A DNA stretch of 64,000 nucleotides, taken from Antedon mediterranea (lineage: Eukaryota > Animalia > Echinodermata). Made by a program: the position numbers and the translations under genes. The stretch is taken from contig NC_092676.1 of assembly GCF_964355755.1 (NCBI RefSeq), positions 27,236,871 to 27,300,870 on the forward strand. Reading direction: 5' to 3'. Shown in pieces: positions 1 through 13,844 of this stretch; the first letter of the stretch is position 1; each line of letters opens with the position of its first letter. Under the pieces are notes generated by a model that worked only from the letters and a program-made list of their open reading frames with translations, did not search any database and was not told the DNA's origin.

Positions 1-810
1 CATTTTTTTCTCCATTTAGTCTATTGTACTTTATAATATTATTATATATTTACCGTATTTTATGTATATTTCTATTCATAGTGTTGAATGTTATTGTATT
101 CGTATTTTTCAATAAGAGCATTTAGCTCAATTTAGCCCTGTTTTGTACTACTGTTGCAGTTTACAGAATTTATGATATAACAATTAGTTTGAATGTGAAT
201 GTATTCATTACAATACCATTATCATGCTCATTAACAGTAGCATGAATAGTAACTATTATAATGAAAACAAAACATATATATTTTATTGATAACTTCTCTT
301 GCTATTAAAACAACTTTTAATATGGCTTCCCATAGAAAACAATTTTAATCATTCAAGCCTTGAATTTCAACAACTTATACATTAATTTTATTACTTTTGT
401 TGTTAGCCGTATTATTATTTATTGCAAATATAAATTACTATTGTTATTAATCAGTATCATTTATTGCAGAAATAATATATTCATTTAACCTCTTAAAAGA
501 TCTGGTGACTTTGTTAATTATAGCATTAATTTGGTTAAATTAATTAGCAATTTTAATTTCAAAGTTTGTAATTATCTCGTAATAGTCTAGTTTAATAATG
601 AACACCCTTCCCTGGTATTAAATAAAAGAAAGTGAATTTGTGGTATTTTTTTTCGAAAGTTAATGAATCATTTTATTTAAACAAGTTATTTACAGAAGCT
701 ACTTCCGATAGCATCCAATTATTTATTGGCTTATTCTTTTGTATTGACGGTAAATAATTATAAAAATGAAGAAAGCGACATTTAAGATGTTTACGCTGGA
801 GATAAGTAAT

Positions 811-949
811 CTGTTCCCACTAGGACGCAGCGCAAGGGAGTAAGCGCAACGCAAGTACTTTGACCAATCACGACGCGATGATCATCCGCGAACTGTCATT
901 ATCTCGCTCGCGTGCGCTTTTTGAATTGCGTCCAAGTAGGAACGAAGCA
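811..949. mobile_element. MITE family B (TIR AAGCTTGGTTCCCACTAG, GCAAC-rich arms)
   Basis: Degenerate palindromic copy. Confidence 0.7.
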
Positions 950-1465
950 TTAAGACAGAGGGTGAGAAACAACGTGCGTTGCTATAGTTTGAAATAAATT
1001 ATGAATTATTGAAATTAGCAATCTTCGAATTTACTTATATATATTATAAATAAATAAATAAGCTTTACCAACCATTACTATCGTCAACAACAATACAAAT
1101 GTATATGTATGAATTCTATGGTATATAATCTTCCTTAACAAAACGGAATAAAAACCATAAAAAGGTATATTATTTTGAGGTTATTGATATAATGTCTTAC
1201 ACGCTACAACCAGGCCTATTATTCGCCTTGACAATTAGTTAGACTCATCTCTCATTAATCCCCCACGAATTAAACTTAACAACCGCTTATCAAAATACAG
1301 ACTTGGTCATTAATCTTCAATTCTTTTTTAACCATTACAAATTTCATGCTCATCATCTTATTGTAGTTTCGTGTTCCTAATCGTTGTAATGGCAGTGGGC
1401 CTTTCTTAAATGGAAGATATCCTATAGATATTGGGCTAGGCCTAACTCTTGCACAAGTTATGACA

Positions 1466-1704
1466 TTAAATATATTGTTTCCCCTGAAAAAAAAATAATT
1501 TTTAAAATTGTGTCTGTTGAATATGTCATTTTAATGTCCCATAATAGTTATTCACCAAAGTAGGATCACAAAAAAAAAATATTTACCTGAAAAAACTTTA
1601 ATTTAAAGCAAAACAAATTGTCTGTCAGTGTTTGGTTAAATTTAACTGTTTATTTTGTCTTTTTATAAGTGAAATAATTGTTTTTGAGGACAACACATCT
1701 TTAA
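1466..1704. mobile_element. TTAA MITE family E
   Basis: Shares TGTTGAATATGTCATTTTAATGTC and terminus GGACAACACATCTTT with 13845-14165. Confidence 0.75.
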
Positions 1705-2207
1705 TTTATCGATCCTATATTAAGCTAGACAATAGCCACACCCATTACATAGGAAGATATATATAGTCTAGGTTCGTTTGATACCAAAAGAAGCAATGCA
1801 ATTGTGGTATTTTTCTTTTCTTCATTTCTACTGCAACGGTCGTTTTATGCCTTGTACGTGTATGCTACATTCAGCGGATGAGTAAAACGTGATGTATACC
1901 ACGTTTGTAGTACATATCCAACTGGAAATGTATTTTAAAAGGATAATAAAAAGACAACAAAAGTACATCTTGTGTTTTACCATGCTTTTGCAAAGAACAA
2001 TAACACGTGTGAATCAAACAATAAATTAAACATTATAAGTAACAATATTCCATCACAGAATTATTATTCAATAATAAAACAGAATATTTTCTTAAATCAA
2101 GTAATAAAAGTAATACCATAAAGCGCGGTTTGTTTGTGCCATAAAGGCACTCATGGTTTACGTTGGATGTTTTCCAGTTCCTACATTTCCAGTTCAATTT
2201 CACTTAC

Positions 2208-2352
2208 GCTATCTACACTATCAAACTAGTTGACAAAAGTGTGATGTGGTAGTAATGTGCCCAAATATGGTAGTGATATGACATCATCATGTCCATATAT
2301 GGGCACATCACATTTTTTTGTAACATAAAGTTAGATGTATGTAGACAGAGCT
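2208..2352. mobile_element. MITE family A (about 130-160 bp, TIR AGCTCTGTCTACACTATCAAAC)
   Basis: Degenerate TIRs plus internal AATATGGTAGTGATATG motif; about 15 copies in window. Confidence 0.85.
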
Positions 2353-3435
2353 TTAGATTCAGAAATAGATTTGTATATTCTGAAATAGATTTATTATTGT
2401 TCGTGGTGTTTTTCACCTCCATGACCATTTATTTTACCACGATTACGATTGTGTGTCACAGAGTCATATGTTATGGTATAGGTTATTTTTCACAAGCTCA
2501 ATTTTTTTTTTTGGCCAGAGAAAAAATATTCAAACAGTGTTTGTGGGTATATTATGAATAACCACTGAAATATCTTGTACTAATAATTAATAATGTTAAT
2601 GTAGTTGCGTATGTTTGTACTTTTCTAATGTAGTTAACATTATACTGTATATCTATAACAGGTAGACCTACTTATAATGTTGTTTATCCTATAGGAATTA
2701 CTTTTAATTCCTTTAGGCCTATATTTATCCCAGTACGAGAACGGGAATTACTAACACTTTTAGTTCTTACACAATTATTTGTTGTCTGTTTCGTATGGAT
2801 AATCTTCATGTATTTACCCAATTAAAACTAAAGTATCCGGCTAATCCCTTGTTGTTCGTATACCTAGGCTTAGCCCGTCGTATGATCCCTTGCAAAATTA
2901 ACAAGCCGACGAAAGAACATATACATCGGCTTAACATTCAGTAGTATAATACGCCCTTCTTATGATTCCTTTGTGGCTTCAGATGATGAGCGTAAGGATG
3001 TAATTCTAAGTTTATCATCAGTGATCGCTCCTCATCACAGGTCTATTTACAATCACACTATAATTCAAGTCTTTGTTCTTGTCGGGGAAACAACCTAGTG
3101 AAGTTATCTATTAAATTAGAGGTACTTAGCGTTTTACTCAATTAGGGAATAGGAATGTTGCCGAGACATGTATAATTTTACCGTAGTATCCACCGCAAAT
3201 TTCAACTAATTGGAAATCAGGTACCGTGGTTTGGTGATGCCTTTGAATGAAGAACGCATTGAACAAGCACTGGTGTCTTTAGCATGTTGGAAACCCAGTA
3301 TTAGGTTTTTTCGGTCATTCAGTTTTCTTGTATGTCTGTCAATCCGTACAATTTCAGTCCATAATGTTAATATTATGTACGGTATGCAGGGAAGAAAGAA
3401 ATAAAATTGTAATTTTACTTTTTCCTGGTATATGA

Positions 3436-3522
3436 TTTTTTTATTTTTTTTATTTAAACTTTATTTATAGAGGGTAACCCTTCCAGCTGAACCCGCAGGC
3501 CAGCTGATATTCAGGGGCCCTC
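3436..3522 (-). mobile_element. LINE (L2/CR1-like) 3' end fragment
   Basis: On minus strand, GAGGG...CCCTC stem-loop followed by AATAAA-rich tail; related fragment at 60872-60945. Confidence 0.5.
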
Positions 3523-4383
3523 TTAAAAATACGAATCTATATACATTTAAATTTAAAACAATTATATAAAATAATAATGATATTTCAACAATTTATTTAT
3601 AGGTTTGCTGTCTCAGTCAGTTTCTTTGTCTGTCTGCATAACAGTGGTTAGTCCTTTATTCTGATTTCTTTTATTTCAATAAACGAGAACAACATTTCTG
3701 CATGTAACAAAATAGAGTTAGGCTATATATTTTATGTTTACTATACTTAAACAAATGCATTAAATAATAGTACGGTATTGCAGTGTTGAACGCGTACAAT
3801 TTATATAAATATTAGGCCTAAGCCTTGTTGATCTGATCTGATATAGTATTGTAACTATGGACGTCTGTTTCCGAAATAAAAGTAAAATGAATGGAATGAA
3901 TGAGTATCATAGTATATCCAGACTCCAAAGCAATTAAATTATACACTACAGGTAACAGACGTACGCTATGCATATATAATGAGCAAGATGATAATATATG
4001 CAAATTGAAAATCATGAATGGGTTGACGTGTAGAGAAACACAGTATACCTCTAGGCACCGCACACCACTGCGCATACTTAAGTTCTAGGCCTACATAATT
4101 TAGCTTCTACCCATATATAAATATATTATTAAGGACATTATAGAGAATGTAGCCCCGTGGTAAAAAAATTGTGGTGATGTACAAGTCCCCGCTTGATGTG
4201 AATTGGTAATCAAAATGTCTGGTATACGATTTCCTTAACTTCCATCCATATGTAGAACCTTCTTTTTTGCTTACGTTGAAAATGGAATTCACAAAATGGT
4301 TAACATTGAGGTTTTAAGAGTGATGGGCTGATATACACTTAGGCCTATTAGTACGGTAATGATATACATTGGTCCGCACCTTA

Positions 4384-4547
4384 AGCTCTGTCTACACTAT
4401 CAAACTTGATGTAACAAAAAATGTAATGTTCTCATTATCATGATGATGTCATATCACTACCATATTTGGGCATATCACTACCATATAGGCACATTACATT
4501 TATTTGTAAATCTAGTTCGATAGTGTACCGTAGGCCTAGACATAGTT
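4384..4547. mobile_element. MITE family A
   Basis: Left TIR intact, right TIR interrupted by ccgtaggcct. Confidence 0.8.
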
Positions 4548-4666
4548 TAGAGGAACATTCATTCATACATATAAATTAACGTTGATTATCGTGGAAATAG
4601 TAGCTTTGCTTGTTTGCATCCCATGTTATATGTAGCGTGTGTTAGACGGTAGTCATCGGTACGGTA

Positions 4667-4847
4667 AAGCTTGGTTCCCACTAGAACGTAACGCAAGGAC
4701 GTAAACGCAACGCAAGCGTTTTAACCAATGACAAGCGAAGTTATAGACAGTTAGCAATCACAAGCGAATAAGCCATCGCTTGTGATTGGTCAATTCACTT
4801 GCGTTGCGTTACGTCCTTGTGTTGCGTCGCTAGTGGGAACCACGCTT
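4667..4847. mobile_element. MITE family B
   Basis: TIRs aagcttggttcccactag/ctagtgggaaccacgctt; nearly identical to 15032-15212. Confidence 0.9.
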
Positions 4848-4887
4848 TAGTATATGCTGCGCTTTACGTGATGACGTCTATAATTTT

Positions 4888-5165
4888 GATATAATATCCT
4901 GGATTTATATAGCGCATAATGTTGTGAAACCTCTAAGCGCTGAACATTATTACCCCGGTTATTTTTTGCTTCAAACATGTATGGATACTCCCCCAGCGCA
5001 AAGTTGTGTCTTGATCTAACCGGGTACCCGTTTATAGACCTGGATGGAGAGAGGCAAACGTAATTAAGGTATCTTGCGGATAGGCCTACAAGCAATGCGG
5101 CAGAGTTGGATTCGAACATCGATCTCACGATCAGTAGACCAACGTCCAAAACACTGCGCCACACA
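4888..5165 (-). mobile_element. tRNA-derived SINE with L2-type tail
   Basis: Reverse complement of 32003-32298; B-box-like GTTCGAATCC; tail AGCGCTTAGAG...GCGCTATATAAAT. Confidence 0.8.
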
Positions 5166-5614
5166 CTCTTACTTTCCGTTGGATTTCAAAACATGACGTA
5201 TGACGCTACCGTATGTGATAAGTTAGTGAACCCGCTGATGTTGTAATTAAGTGTAGGCTACAGCAATGAATACAACACTCTCCTTGTACTAAAATAAACT
5301 TGATGATAATGAAACTATAATTATTGCTACATTGTTAGTCAAATTTATCAGTCTTTCATACAGCGCTGGTATTCTAATTTCTTTGTTCCTATTTTACTTG
5401 CTGTTGCATGCTTATTGGAATAATTAGTGGAATAATTATTTGGAAATTGTTCCTTTTGGTTTCTAGATTATGCTTATAGTTGTTCACATTTTGAATGTGA
5501 ATAATAAATCGTTAAGTATAGGTATTAGTCTGATATGACTTTATAATGAATCTATTATTTCTCAGTTCAAAAAGTAGAAGTGTTGATTTTCCTATTATTT
5601 GTTATTTCCTACTA

Positions 5615-5773
5615 CTGTCTACACTATCAAACTAGTTTGACAAAAAAAAAGTGTGATGTGCTCAAATATGGTAGTAATATGCCTAAATATGGTAGTGTTA
5701 TGACATCATCATGGTCATATATGGGCACATCACATTTTGTTGTCACATAAAGTTTGATAGTGTAGACAGGGCT
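5615..5773. mobile_element. MITE family A
   Basis: TIRs and internal motif. Confidence 0.85.
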
Positions 5774-6703
5774 TATAAAAGTAATTTACGCTTCTGTAAA
5801 GTTGTTCCAAACCTATACTGTACGGTACTAATCAGCTGCGCTCAACTCAAATTTCACTTTATATTTATAAGTTGGTATTGTGAAATAAATCACTTTCTTT
5901 AATAGTATTCTATTTACTTTCCATGTGAATCGATGGCCGTGATGTTTGTTTAAGGGAAATATTAAGACATATGCCGAAACGCTTAGTTGTGTGTGTATAG
6001 TAATTATACCAAAATGGCACTGACGACGTCTATTATCTAAGTATGTTTCTTACCAAAAACGAGCTACCTATGCCGCCTATGGGCACGTCGATATCGAGAG
6101 AAAGAAAAGTCGGACAGGCACTTGGCAAAGCCACATTAAAATGTCACTCAATCGTCACCGCAGTCGCAAATCGCTTAAAAGGACAATTTTTTTGGCGAAT
6201 TGTAGTGCGTTAGAAAATGTAATAATAATAAAGTGGTATAGGAGAGTGTTTGGTTTGCTTTGGCAGTGACAGCCTGATGACAAATCGGTAAATATGACGC
6301 GGGAAATTTGCCGGATAGGTCGTCTGAAATCAATTAAAGAGTATATCAACGATTTGTGGTAATATTCTGACGATTGTGTACACAAATGATATCTTAATAA
6401 GGTGTAATGTATTGATTTGATGATAATAACAATTAAACAATCATCACAGCAAGAAATCAAATTGAAATATCGATATACAAGGAATATTGTGATGATAATG
6501 AGGTTAGAGGAATGATGGTACAGTAGTATAAAATATAACTCGATTTAGGTCGTGCACACATACATTTCGGCGTAAAAACTTGGCAATGTTCAAATGTACG
6601 TTTAGGGTGTGTACCGAAGGACTATGCAGGACTAATACCTGTCGTTCACACGAAGTAAATAAATGGTGATAGATCTAGTCGCGTTGGCGGTTTTGGTGTT
6701 GGT

Positions 6704-6754
6704 GGTGATGATGATGACGAGGATGATGGCGGCTGCCTTAGCGTTGGTGGATTG

Positions 6755-6801
<47 letters not shown>

Positions 6802-6975
6802 CTGATGATGAGGATGATGAGGATAATGATGATGATAATGATGGTAATGATGGTATGACGATGAGAATAATGATGGTTTCGGATAATTTCCATGATGTCG
6901 AAGATTGTGATTGTGATTATGATAATGATTGTGTATTAGTGGTAAAGATGATGTGGATATGAATGGTCGTTAGTG
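6704..6975 (+). repeat. (GAT)n microsatellite with degenerate flanks
   Basis: Pure GAT run at about 6755-6800. Confidence 0.95.
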
Positions 6976-8107
6976 ATGTTGTCCACTCACTTGGATGGAT
7001 AAAATAAGTACTACTTATTTTATCCCTTGTTGTTAAAATCAGTTTTAGGCTTACTTGTGTATTTTTCATTTAAAATAGATATAGGTTTTAATTGTATTTA
7101 ACGTATTGAAATGTTTGAGGTATACCGTGCTTTCACAAAACTCGCAGTTGACAATTTCCGTTTTGTTTTATTTGAATTAATTGAGATTGTACAAGACAAT
7201 CACCACCTGCGCAGGTGACAATATTGCTTAGGCCTATTATTATTTCTACTAGTGATCCGTTCCAATTTTTTTTATTGTTTTAATCATTACACATTTATTT
7301 TTGTCTGCTTATTTGGTAATAATTTTGGTTGTCAACTTGACGTTTTAACACTTCTATTTATCACTTTCTGTAATCCGTTGAATTCGCCACCTCGTTTAAG
7401 TGCGAATTCCGGAGGCGTGCCGGACCGCAAACACGCAACTTTTTATGAATCGTACCACATATGACAACATTCTATCATTCACAAAAGTACGGAACAACCT
7501 GTAGCATACCATATTAAACATCCATTTTTTAATCGTTATAAAAATTGCTGTTTTTTATTCATTTTTTCATTCAATATTCCAACATGCCTATCATATATCT
7601 CCATAATTGTCAGTAACTATAGCTCGTAAATTTCACGATGCTAATAATAACCATCAGTCTTCCTATTTTGTGGCATTAATTCATCTTCATTGTTATATCA
7701 ACGTTATAGAATGATTGACGAAAATTGTAGGCCTGTTGAGATTAAAACAAAATGAAATGAAACGAATAAAGTTACCCGTGAGATGTACGACATAAACGTC
7801 AGTTGTCAGTTTGTCCTAGTAATTATTTTCTTTATTACTATTGGAAAAATATGTCCTTGTATATACGTAAAATTATTGTAAAGATAATTATTATAACATT
7901 AATTTTTATGGGTGTTTTTAAATTTGTGAGTGCGTGACAATCTCTCGTACAACATCATATTCTGTAATTGTTTTCTCGCGATAAAAAAAAGTACGAGTAT
8001 ATAAATGAGAGAATCGACATTTAAAGTTGGGTATCATTACCATTTTTATTTGTTTATGGCGTATGTATCATGTTTAAAGTAAAAATAACACAGTGAATCC
8101 TAATACC

Positions 8108-8242
8108 TTGTCTACACTATCAAATTTTATGTGAAAAATGATGTGCTCATATATAGATGATGATGTCATATTACTACCATATTTGGGTATATCACTACTA
8201 TATTTGGGCACGTCAAACTAGTTTGATAGTGTAGACAGAGCT
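8108..8242. mobile_element. MITE family A
   Basis: TIRs and internal motif. Confidence 0.85.
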
Positions 8243-8300
8243 TTATACAATGTCCAACTATATGCTTTGTTTGTAAAGTATAGTTATTAAAAAATACGTA

Positions 8301-8480
8301 GAAAATGATGGGTTAATATCATATGGCGCTTACAGTGGTATAAGAGTAGGATTGTAGCTTGAAAATGATGGGTTAATATCATATGGCGCTTACAGTGGTA
8401 TAAGAGTAGGATTGTAGCTTGAAAATGATGGGTTAATATCATATGGCGCTTACAGTGGTATAAGAGTAGGATTGTAGCTT
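8301..8480 (+). repeat. Perfect 60-bp tandem repeat x3
   Basis: Unit gaaaatgatgggttaatatcatatggcgcttacagtggtataagagtaggattgtagctt. Confidence 0.97.
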
Positions 8481-9050
8481 TAAGATATCTTTTTTTGTTA
8501 TTGTATTTATTTTTTTGTTACGCAGGTGAAGTCACGTCTTCCGATTAATAATGCAAAACACGATTGGCTGGTGTGACTATTGTCTATGACACGCCAAGAC
8601 GGATAAAATTGTCTACAAACTACTCTTGCTCAGGAAACATAGCCACGTATCAATCGCCCCTTAGATGATAATATATGGACATATCGTTTCATAATATACC
8701 GTACTCCATTTTGACGATTCTTCTGCTTAGTTCTGTATAGTATATGTCATATAGACTGTATATATATTTCGATATAATGAAAAATCATTTAAGAGTTAGG
8801 CTTACAATTGGATTATCGCGTGTGAATTCTTTATTTTTGTTTGATCAGAACTGTAACACTCCAATGGTCAGACATCTTTCGTTTTTTTCGTTTCTTGTAT
8901 CGGCTGCGTCGATCATACATTCAATCAATCAGTCAATCGATCAATCAATTAATCGATACAATTTATTTTATTTGCTATAGGCTATGTTTTGTATAGGCCA
9001 TAGGCCTATTAGTTAATGTCATTATATACCAACGAACTGACAAGTCTTTG

Positions 9051-9204
9051 GCTCTGTCTACACTATCAAGATGTTGCCAAAAAGTGTGATGTGCCTAAAT
9101 ATGGTAGTGATATACCCAAATATGGTAGTGATATGACATCATCATTTCCATATATGGGAACATCACATTTTTTGTCCCATAAGTTTGATAGTGTAGACAG
9201 AGCT
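9051..9204. mobile_element. MITE family A
   Basis: TIRs and internal motif. Confidence 0.85.
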
Positions 9205-9585
9205 TAACATAAGTTTAAAATTCCCACAAAAATGTTCACCGCGTAAAGAAGCATTTCGACAAGTTAATCGTATTAAACTCAAGTGCGTGCCTTCATCCCA
9301 ATTAAAGTCCCCTATTCCATGGTATTTAATTACAACGAAACTTGTTGTTGACTTGCAAGTTAATGTTGTTGTATGTAACAGAAACCGTTACCTTGAGTAA
9401 CAAAGCTTTAGAATGTAGTGTTCAACATAAGTAATCAGACGATTAATAGTGACTTTAACTTATTGTATTCTGTAAAGAGGATAAGGCGCTTATCTCTTAC
9501 TACTCGCTCATTACTCGGCTGGGCGGGAAACTTGTTTTGGTACCCATCACAATAGTCATCTGATTACTATAGAAAAAAGGTAAAC

Positions 9586-10000
9586 AACATTGTTGATACT
9601 ACAAAACGAAATAAAATAATTTCTTTTAGCCATGTTAAATGTTTTTTTAATAACTTATAGAAGTAAAAATTAACATCTTTGATTCTGACTATCAGGCCCA
9701 TATACATACTTTCTAAGTAAACGACAGTATTGACACTACAAAACGAAATAAGACAAATTTCTTTTAGCCATGTTGAATATTATTTTAATAACTTATGGGC
9801 CTAGACGTACAATTAACATCTTCGATTCTGACTCTATCAGGCCCAAAACAAGTTTTGAAAAGATAAACGTGTCCTAAAATAAACTTGATGGGCATGGAGT
9901 GTGGGAAATAACTTATATACGTAAAATTAACATCTTCGATTTCTGACTCTATCAGGCCCAATATTTCAAGTTTTGAAAAGGTAAATGTGTCCTAAAGTTT
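9586..10000 (+). repeat. Degenerate tandem duplication, about 120-140 bp, about 3 overlapping units
   Basis: ctacaaaacgaaata...ttcttttagccatgtt and aattaacatctt...ctgactctatcaggccca recur. Confidence 0.85.
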
Positions 10001-11387
10001 ATGGGACTATGAGTGTGGGTAGATTCAGACTCTTTAGGACAGTTTGATATCAACTTGTCAGAATTAACACTATAATCAAAAGAACAAAAGACTAAATTTT
10101 CAAGAGAAAGGCCTAACGGTGATCGATCCGTTTAACGGTCCCCTCTAAATAGCCTCCTCACCCGGGTCAATGGGTTATCGATTTTTGGATAAGGCTAAAT
10201 TCGAGTGTCCTTGCCCACGAGTTGAGTAAAAATCAATTGATTGATTGAATTCAACCATAAACACGGGATTCCACTCGTCGGGTTTTGTCACATCTACTTG
10301 TGAATAAAATTTACTGTATTTTCACGAGTTGGTAAGGGCGTATAATACTGAATATAACAATATTAATATAAAGAAATAATTATATAATACTATAACAATA
10401 CGAATCACATGAGTAAAATGTAATGATATAATAATAGTTGTAATAACACTAATTAATATTATTTATAATTGGTAATAATCTCTTTGTCAGTGAAAATGTC
10501 AATGTGACTGCTATTGTTATTGACAAAACCCTGTATATTTTAATTAAAAATATATGACAATATATAAACAAATAGACCAATATTCGAGACCACTAATCGA
10601 ACCAACCATTTGCTATAATAAATGCAGGTGCCATACCGCTAATACCACATAATATTATACTGTAGTAAACAGAAAATACAGTGTTTCAACCGCCCTCTGG
10701 AGACTGAAGCCAATGACGTAATGCACAGCCGGAATGGGTACCCAACATCATGAAAATTATTATATTAAATCGACACGACAAGACTTATTGATTCTCTTTA
10801 ATGGACTTATCGCGGTACACTGATCAAGAATTAGGTGCGCGCGCGCCTAATCATCATGACGTAATAGTGCGCGTACATAAAACGTTAACTAACGATAGAG
10901 GCAACGATTAATCTTGTCTGCAAATGCACAAATAATTAGATAATCACAAGTAATAAAGCAAATTGAATCTTGCAACGACTAGTGTATCTTCTTAGTTTTG
11001 ATAATTAAAATGCAGGTGAACCCGGATCGGAAATGATATGCAATCCGACGTACTGTGATGTCGGGCTAATTCAGTGAAAGCCTAACACCTGTTCCAATAT
11101 CGGTGTATTGTTTGTTTCTATATTGAAAGACCTAACTTTCTATGAAATCAATTCGAAATCCGGAATTGTCAGCCTTTTTGTATTTCCCTGTTTAAAAAAC
11201 TATTAATTTTGTAAAGAAAATAATATAATCCTACGCCGCGTTTTGAATTTTACACGCGTGTTGTCCTTAGTTGAAAGCACGCATCATTTGCTACTGAAAG
11301 TATATCGTCTGAATTTAGCATTAAGTTTTTCAATACAGAAATTAGTTTTATCAGATCTGTAACCGTCGTTATATCATGATGTTGGTG

Positions 11388-11563
11388 CAGTGGCGTAACG
11401 GCTATGAACGCTTACTGGCTAAACACAGGGCCACACAGCTTATTGGGGCCCAGAAAAAAAGTATGAAAATCTGTCGAAAAAAGCACGTCCGAGGCCTCCA
11501 GCGCTGTGAGGGCCACTTAGGATTCCTAAACCAGGGGCCTAAGGCCTCTGCGTTACGCCACTG
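11388..11563. mobile_element. hAT-like MITE
   Basis: Perfect 13-bp TIR CAGTGGCGTAACG/CGTTACGCCACTG; 8-bp flanks only partly similar. Confidence 0.75.
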
Positions 11564-12221
11564 GTTTGGTACCATGCGCTGGTACGTTCGTTCAACGTAA
11601 CCAAACAACAAGTAATTGTGATGCGCAGTTATTTAGAATACGATTTTTAACAATTTACGTAACATACCGTATATAAATACGGTGCGAATTTTCGTTTTTT
11701 TTTCGTTTAACCAAACCCAATGATAACGAGCGTATTTATATCACAACAGTGTGATTGGTCAACTCTTTTACGCACAGTTCACATACGATCTCATGCATGC
11801 ATGAACGCAATATTTACATATGACACTGTGATTAGTCACCTACGGGTACGCGCAGTTCACACGTGATCTAATTTACATTCTATTTATAAGCATAAATTAT
11901 ATTCTAAAAAATAACACTTTGTTTATCCTACGTCATTCGCAGGATATTAAAAGAATCCGCGTAAGTTTACATTTCGCAAAGATGCCAACTTAAAATGAAT
12001 TCTTATTAAAATTATTCTTCGTTTCGTTGATTAATTAGTCAGATTTGATTAAGAATAATAACGGCTTGTTGTGATAGTGACTAACTTAGCAATCACTGTT
12101 GACTTGCGTTCCCGGGGTGCAAAGTTGAATTTGGCGTCATCGCAAAAAATAACTAAACGTCGATTTAAATTTAAAGCTGTCAAGCATTTTTATGATATAA
12201 TATTAGGCCTAGTGTTTAATA

Positions 12222-12589
12222 CAGTAGAACCTCATTAAAGAGACGACATTGGGACCCAATAAATTGTTTTTTTTTAAATAAATAGTGGTGTCTCCTGAAT
12301 AGTGCCGAGGTTGGCTGTCGTGTTAAAACATATCCCCTTCCCATTAGTTTCACAGAAAAGTGTCCCCTTAATAGCGGTATCTCCTTAATAAGGGTTGGCC
12401 GTATGTGTTCCCACGTTTTTAGTCGCGTGCAACTCTACAGCTCACTATGTCGGTCGGTTGATCGATCGGTCGGTTGGTTGGTCTGTCGGTTGGTCGGTAA
12501 ACACTAACTTGAGCACGCGACTGCAGCCATGTATATGGCCTTGTTTACGGGAAAGTATCCCCTTAATAGATTAATTAGAGGTTCTACTA
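12222..12589. mobile_element. Tc1/mariner-pogo-like MITE with nested insert
   Basis: TA|CAGTAGAACCTC ... GAGGTTCTACT; internal TGTCCCCTTAATAG / GTCTCC repeats. Confidence 0.7.
12416..12546 (+). mobile_element. Helentron/DINE-1-like short element
   Basis: T-run start, AGTCGCGTGC ... GCACGCGACT inverted repeat enclosing (GGTC/GGTT)n microsatellite, 3' hairpin GCCAT-GTAT-ATGGC, T-rich end. Confidence 0.65.
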
Positions 12590-12603
12590 TTAGTATATGA
12601 ATA

Positions 12604-12639
12604 ATTAGATTAGATTAGATTAGATTAGATTGGATTAGA
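12604..12639 (+). repeat. (TTAGA)n
   Basis: About 7 units. Confidence 0.9.
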
Positions 12640-13844
12640 AACAAATACAATAATTTAAATAATAATATAATTAACATAAACAGGGTTAAATAATATTAAT
12701 AATGTGTTACACCAAGCTAAACAAGTCCAATGTACTAATCTAGAATCCTATTTCTAACGCATAAATATTAAAAATTAATGAATTGTAAAAATCCGTCTTC
12801 AATCAAAACATCTTCTGCTTTGGATGTTTGTTCTTGCGCAGGAGTATAATACAACTGTTGTGAGGCATCCGAATTTATATCTAAAAAAAACTCACGCGCA
12901 GTTTGGCAACAAGTCCTGATGACCAAATCATCCAAAAAAATCACAACAAATATAAAAATCCCCTTTTCTGTATAAATTATCCCTATTAGTAAAGCATATA
13001 GTCCGTTTTACGTGTTGTCTGAACAAGAAATGACTGATCGAAACAGAAAACGTACACTTTTATCATCTTCCGATGTAAAAATCGAACAAATCATTAGAGT
13101 TTCGAGTGGGAAACATTGGCAATATTTAGGCCTGTCACTGCCGGTTTAATGATCCAAAAATCGAACCAATCTATAGGTTGTCGGGAGCTCCCGTTTCCGA
13201 CAGTTCATCATCGACAAACACGGGCTTAGGATCTTTATTACTGGGCAGACATTACAAAATCGAAAACGATCTATTTAAGTACTGTGTCTATCTTATTGTA
13301 TGTTAGTGAGAATCGTACGATTTGATCTTATACTCTGAAACAAAATCGAAGAAATCTATTTGTCTTACGCATTCAATATCTGATTTTGGCTTGTTAGAGC
13401 GTAATACAGGAAAGCCCGGGTGATTGGTTTAATTGGACAATGTACTACCGACAATCAATTTGTTCTCTCACCCTGCTTGCTTCAACTAATCGAATATATA
13501 GCTCGATATTAACTTGTCTACATACTATTAACAATTATAACTCAATGTGTAAACAACAGTTAGATTAATGTGTGCATATGCAATTAATACAGTATAAAAC
13601 AAACCGTTTGTTATAATATTATCATATTATGATATCTGGTATAATTTACGTACCCTATATCATCCAAAAAGACCAGTATGTGATGATATAAAATTAAAAC
13701 CCAATATTCCGTATGAGAGAAAACCCACAAACAGAACACAAGCCATAAGTGGTCAAACTATTACAAAAAATAAGTTGAAAATAAACAAAATGAAATTAAA
13801 CAATAAATTATGTATATTTATGTATATTACATATCATTGCTACT

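Noticed and set aside
6663-6962. Poly-Asp ORF (99 aa)
   Set aside because: Translation of a (GAT)n microsatellite; no splice context. It lies far upstream, so it is not the MDN1 acidic tail.
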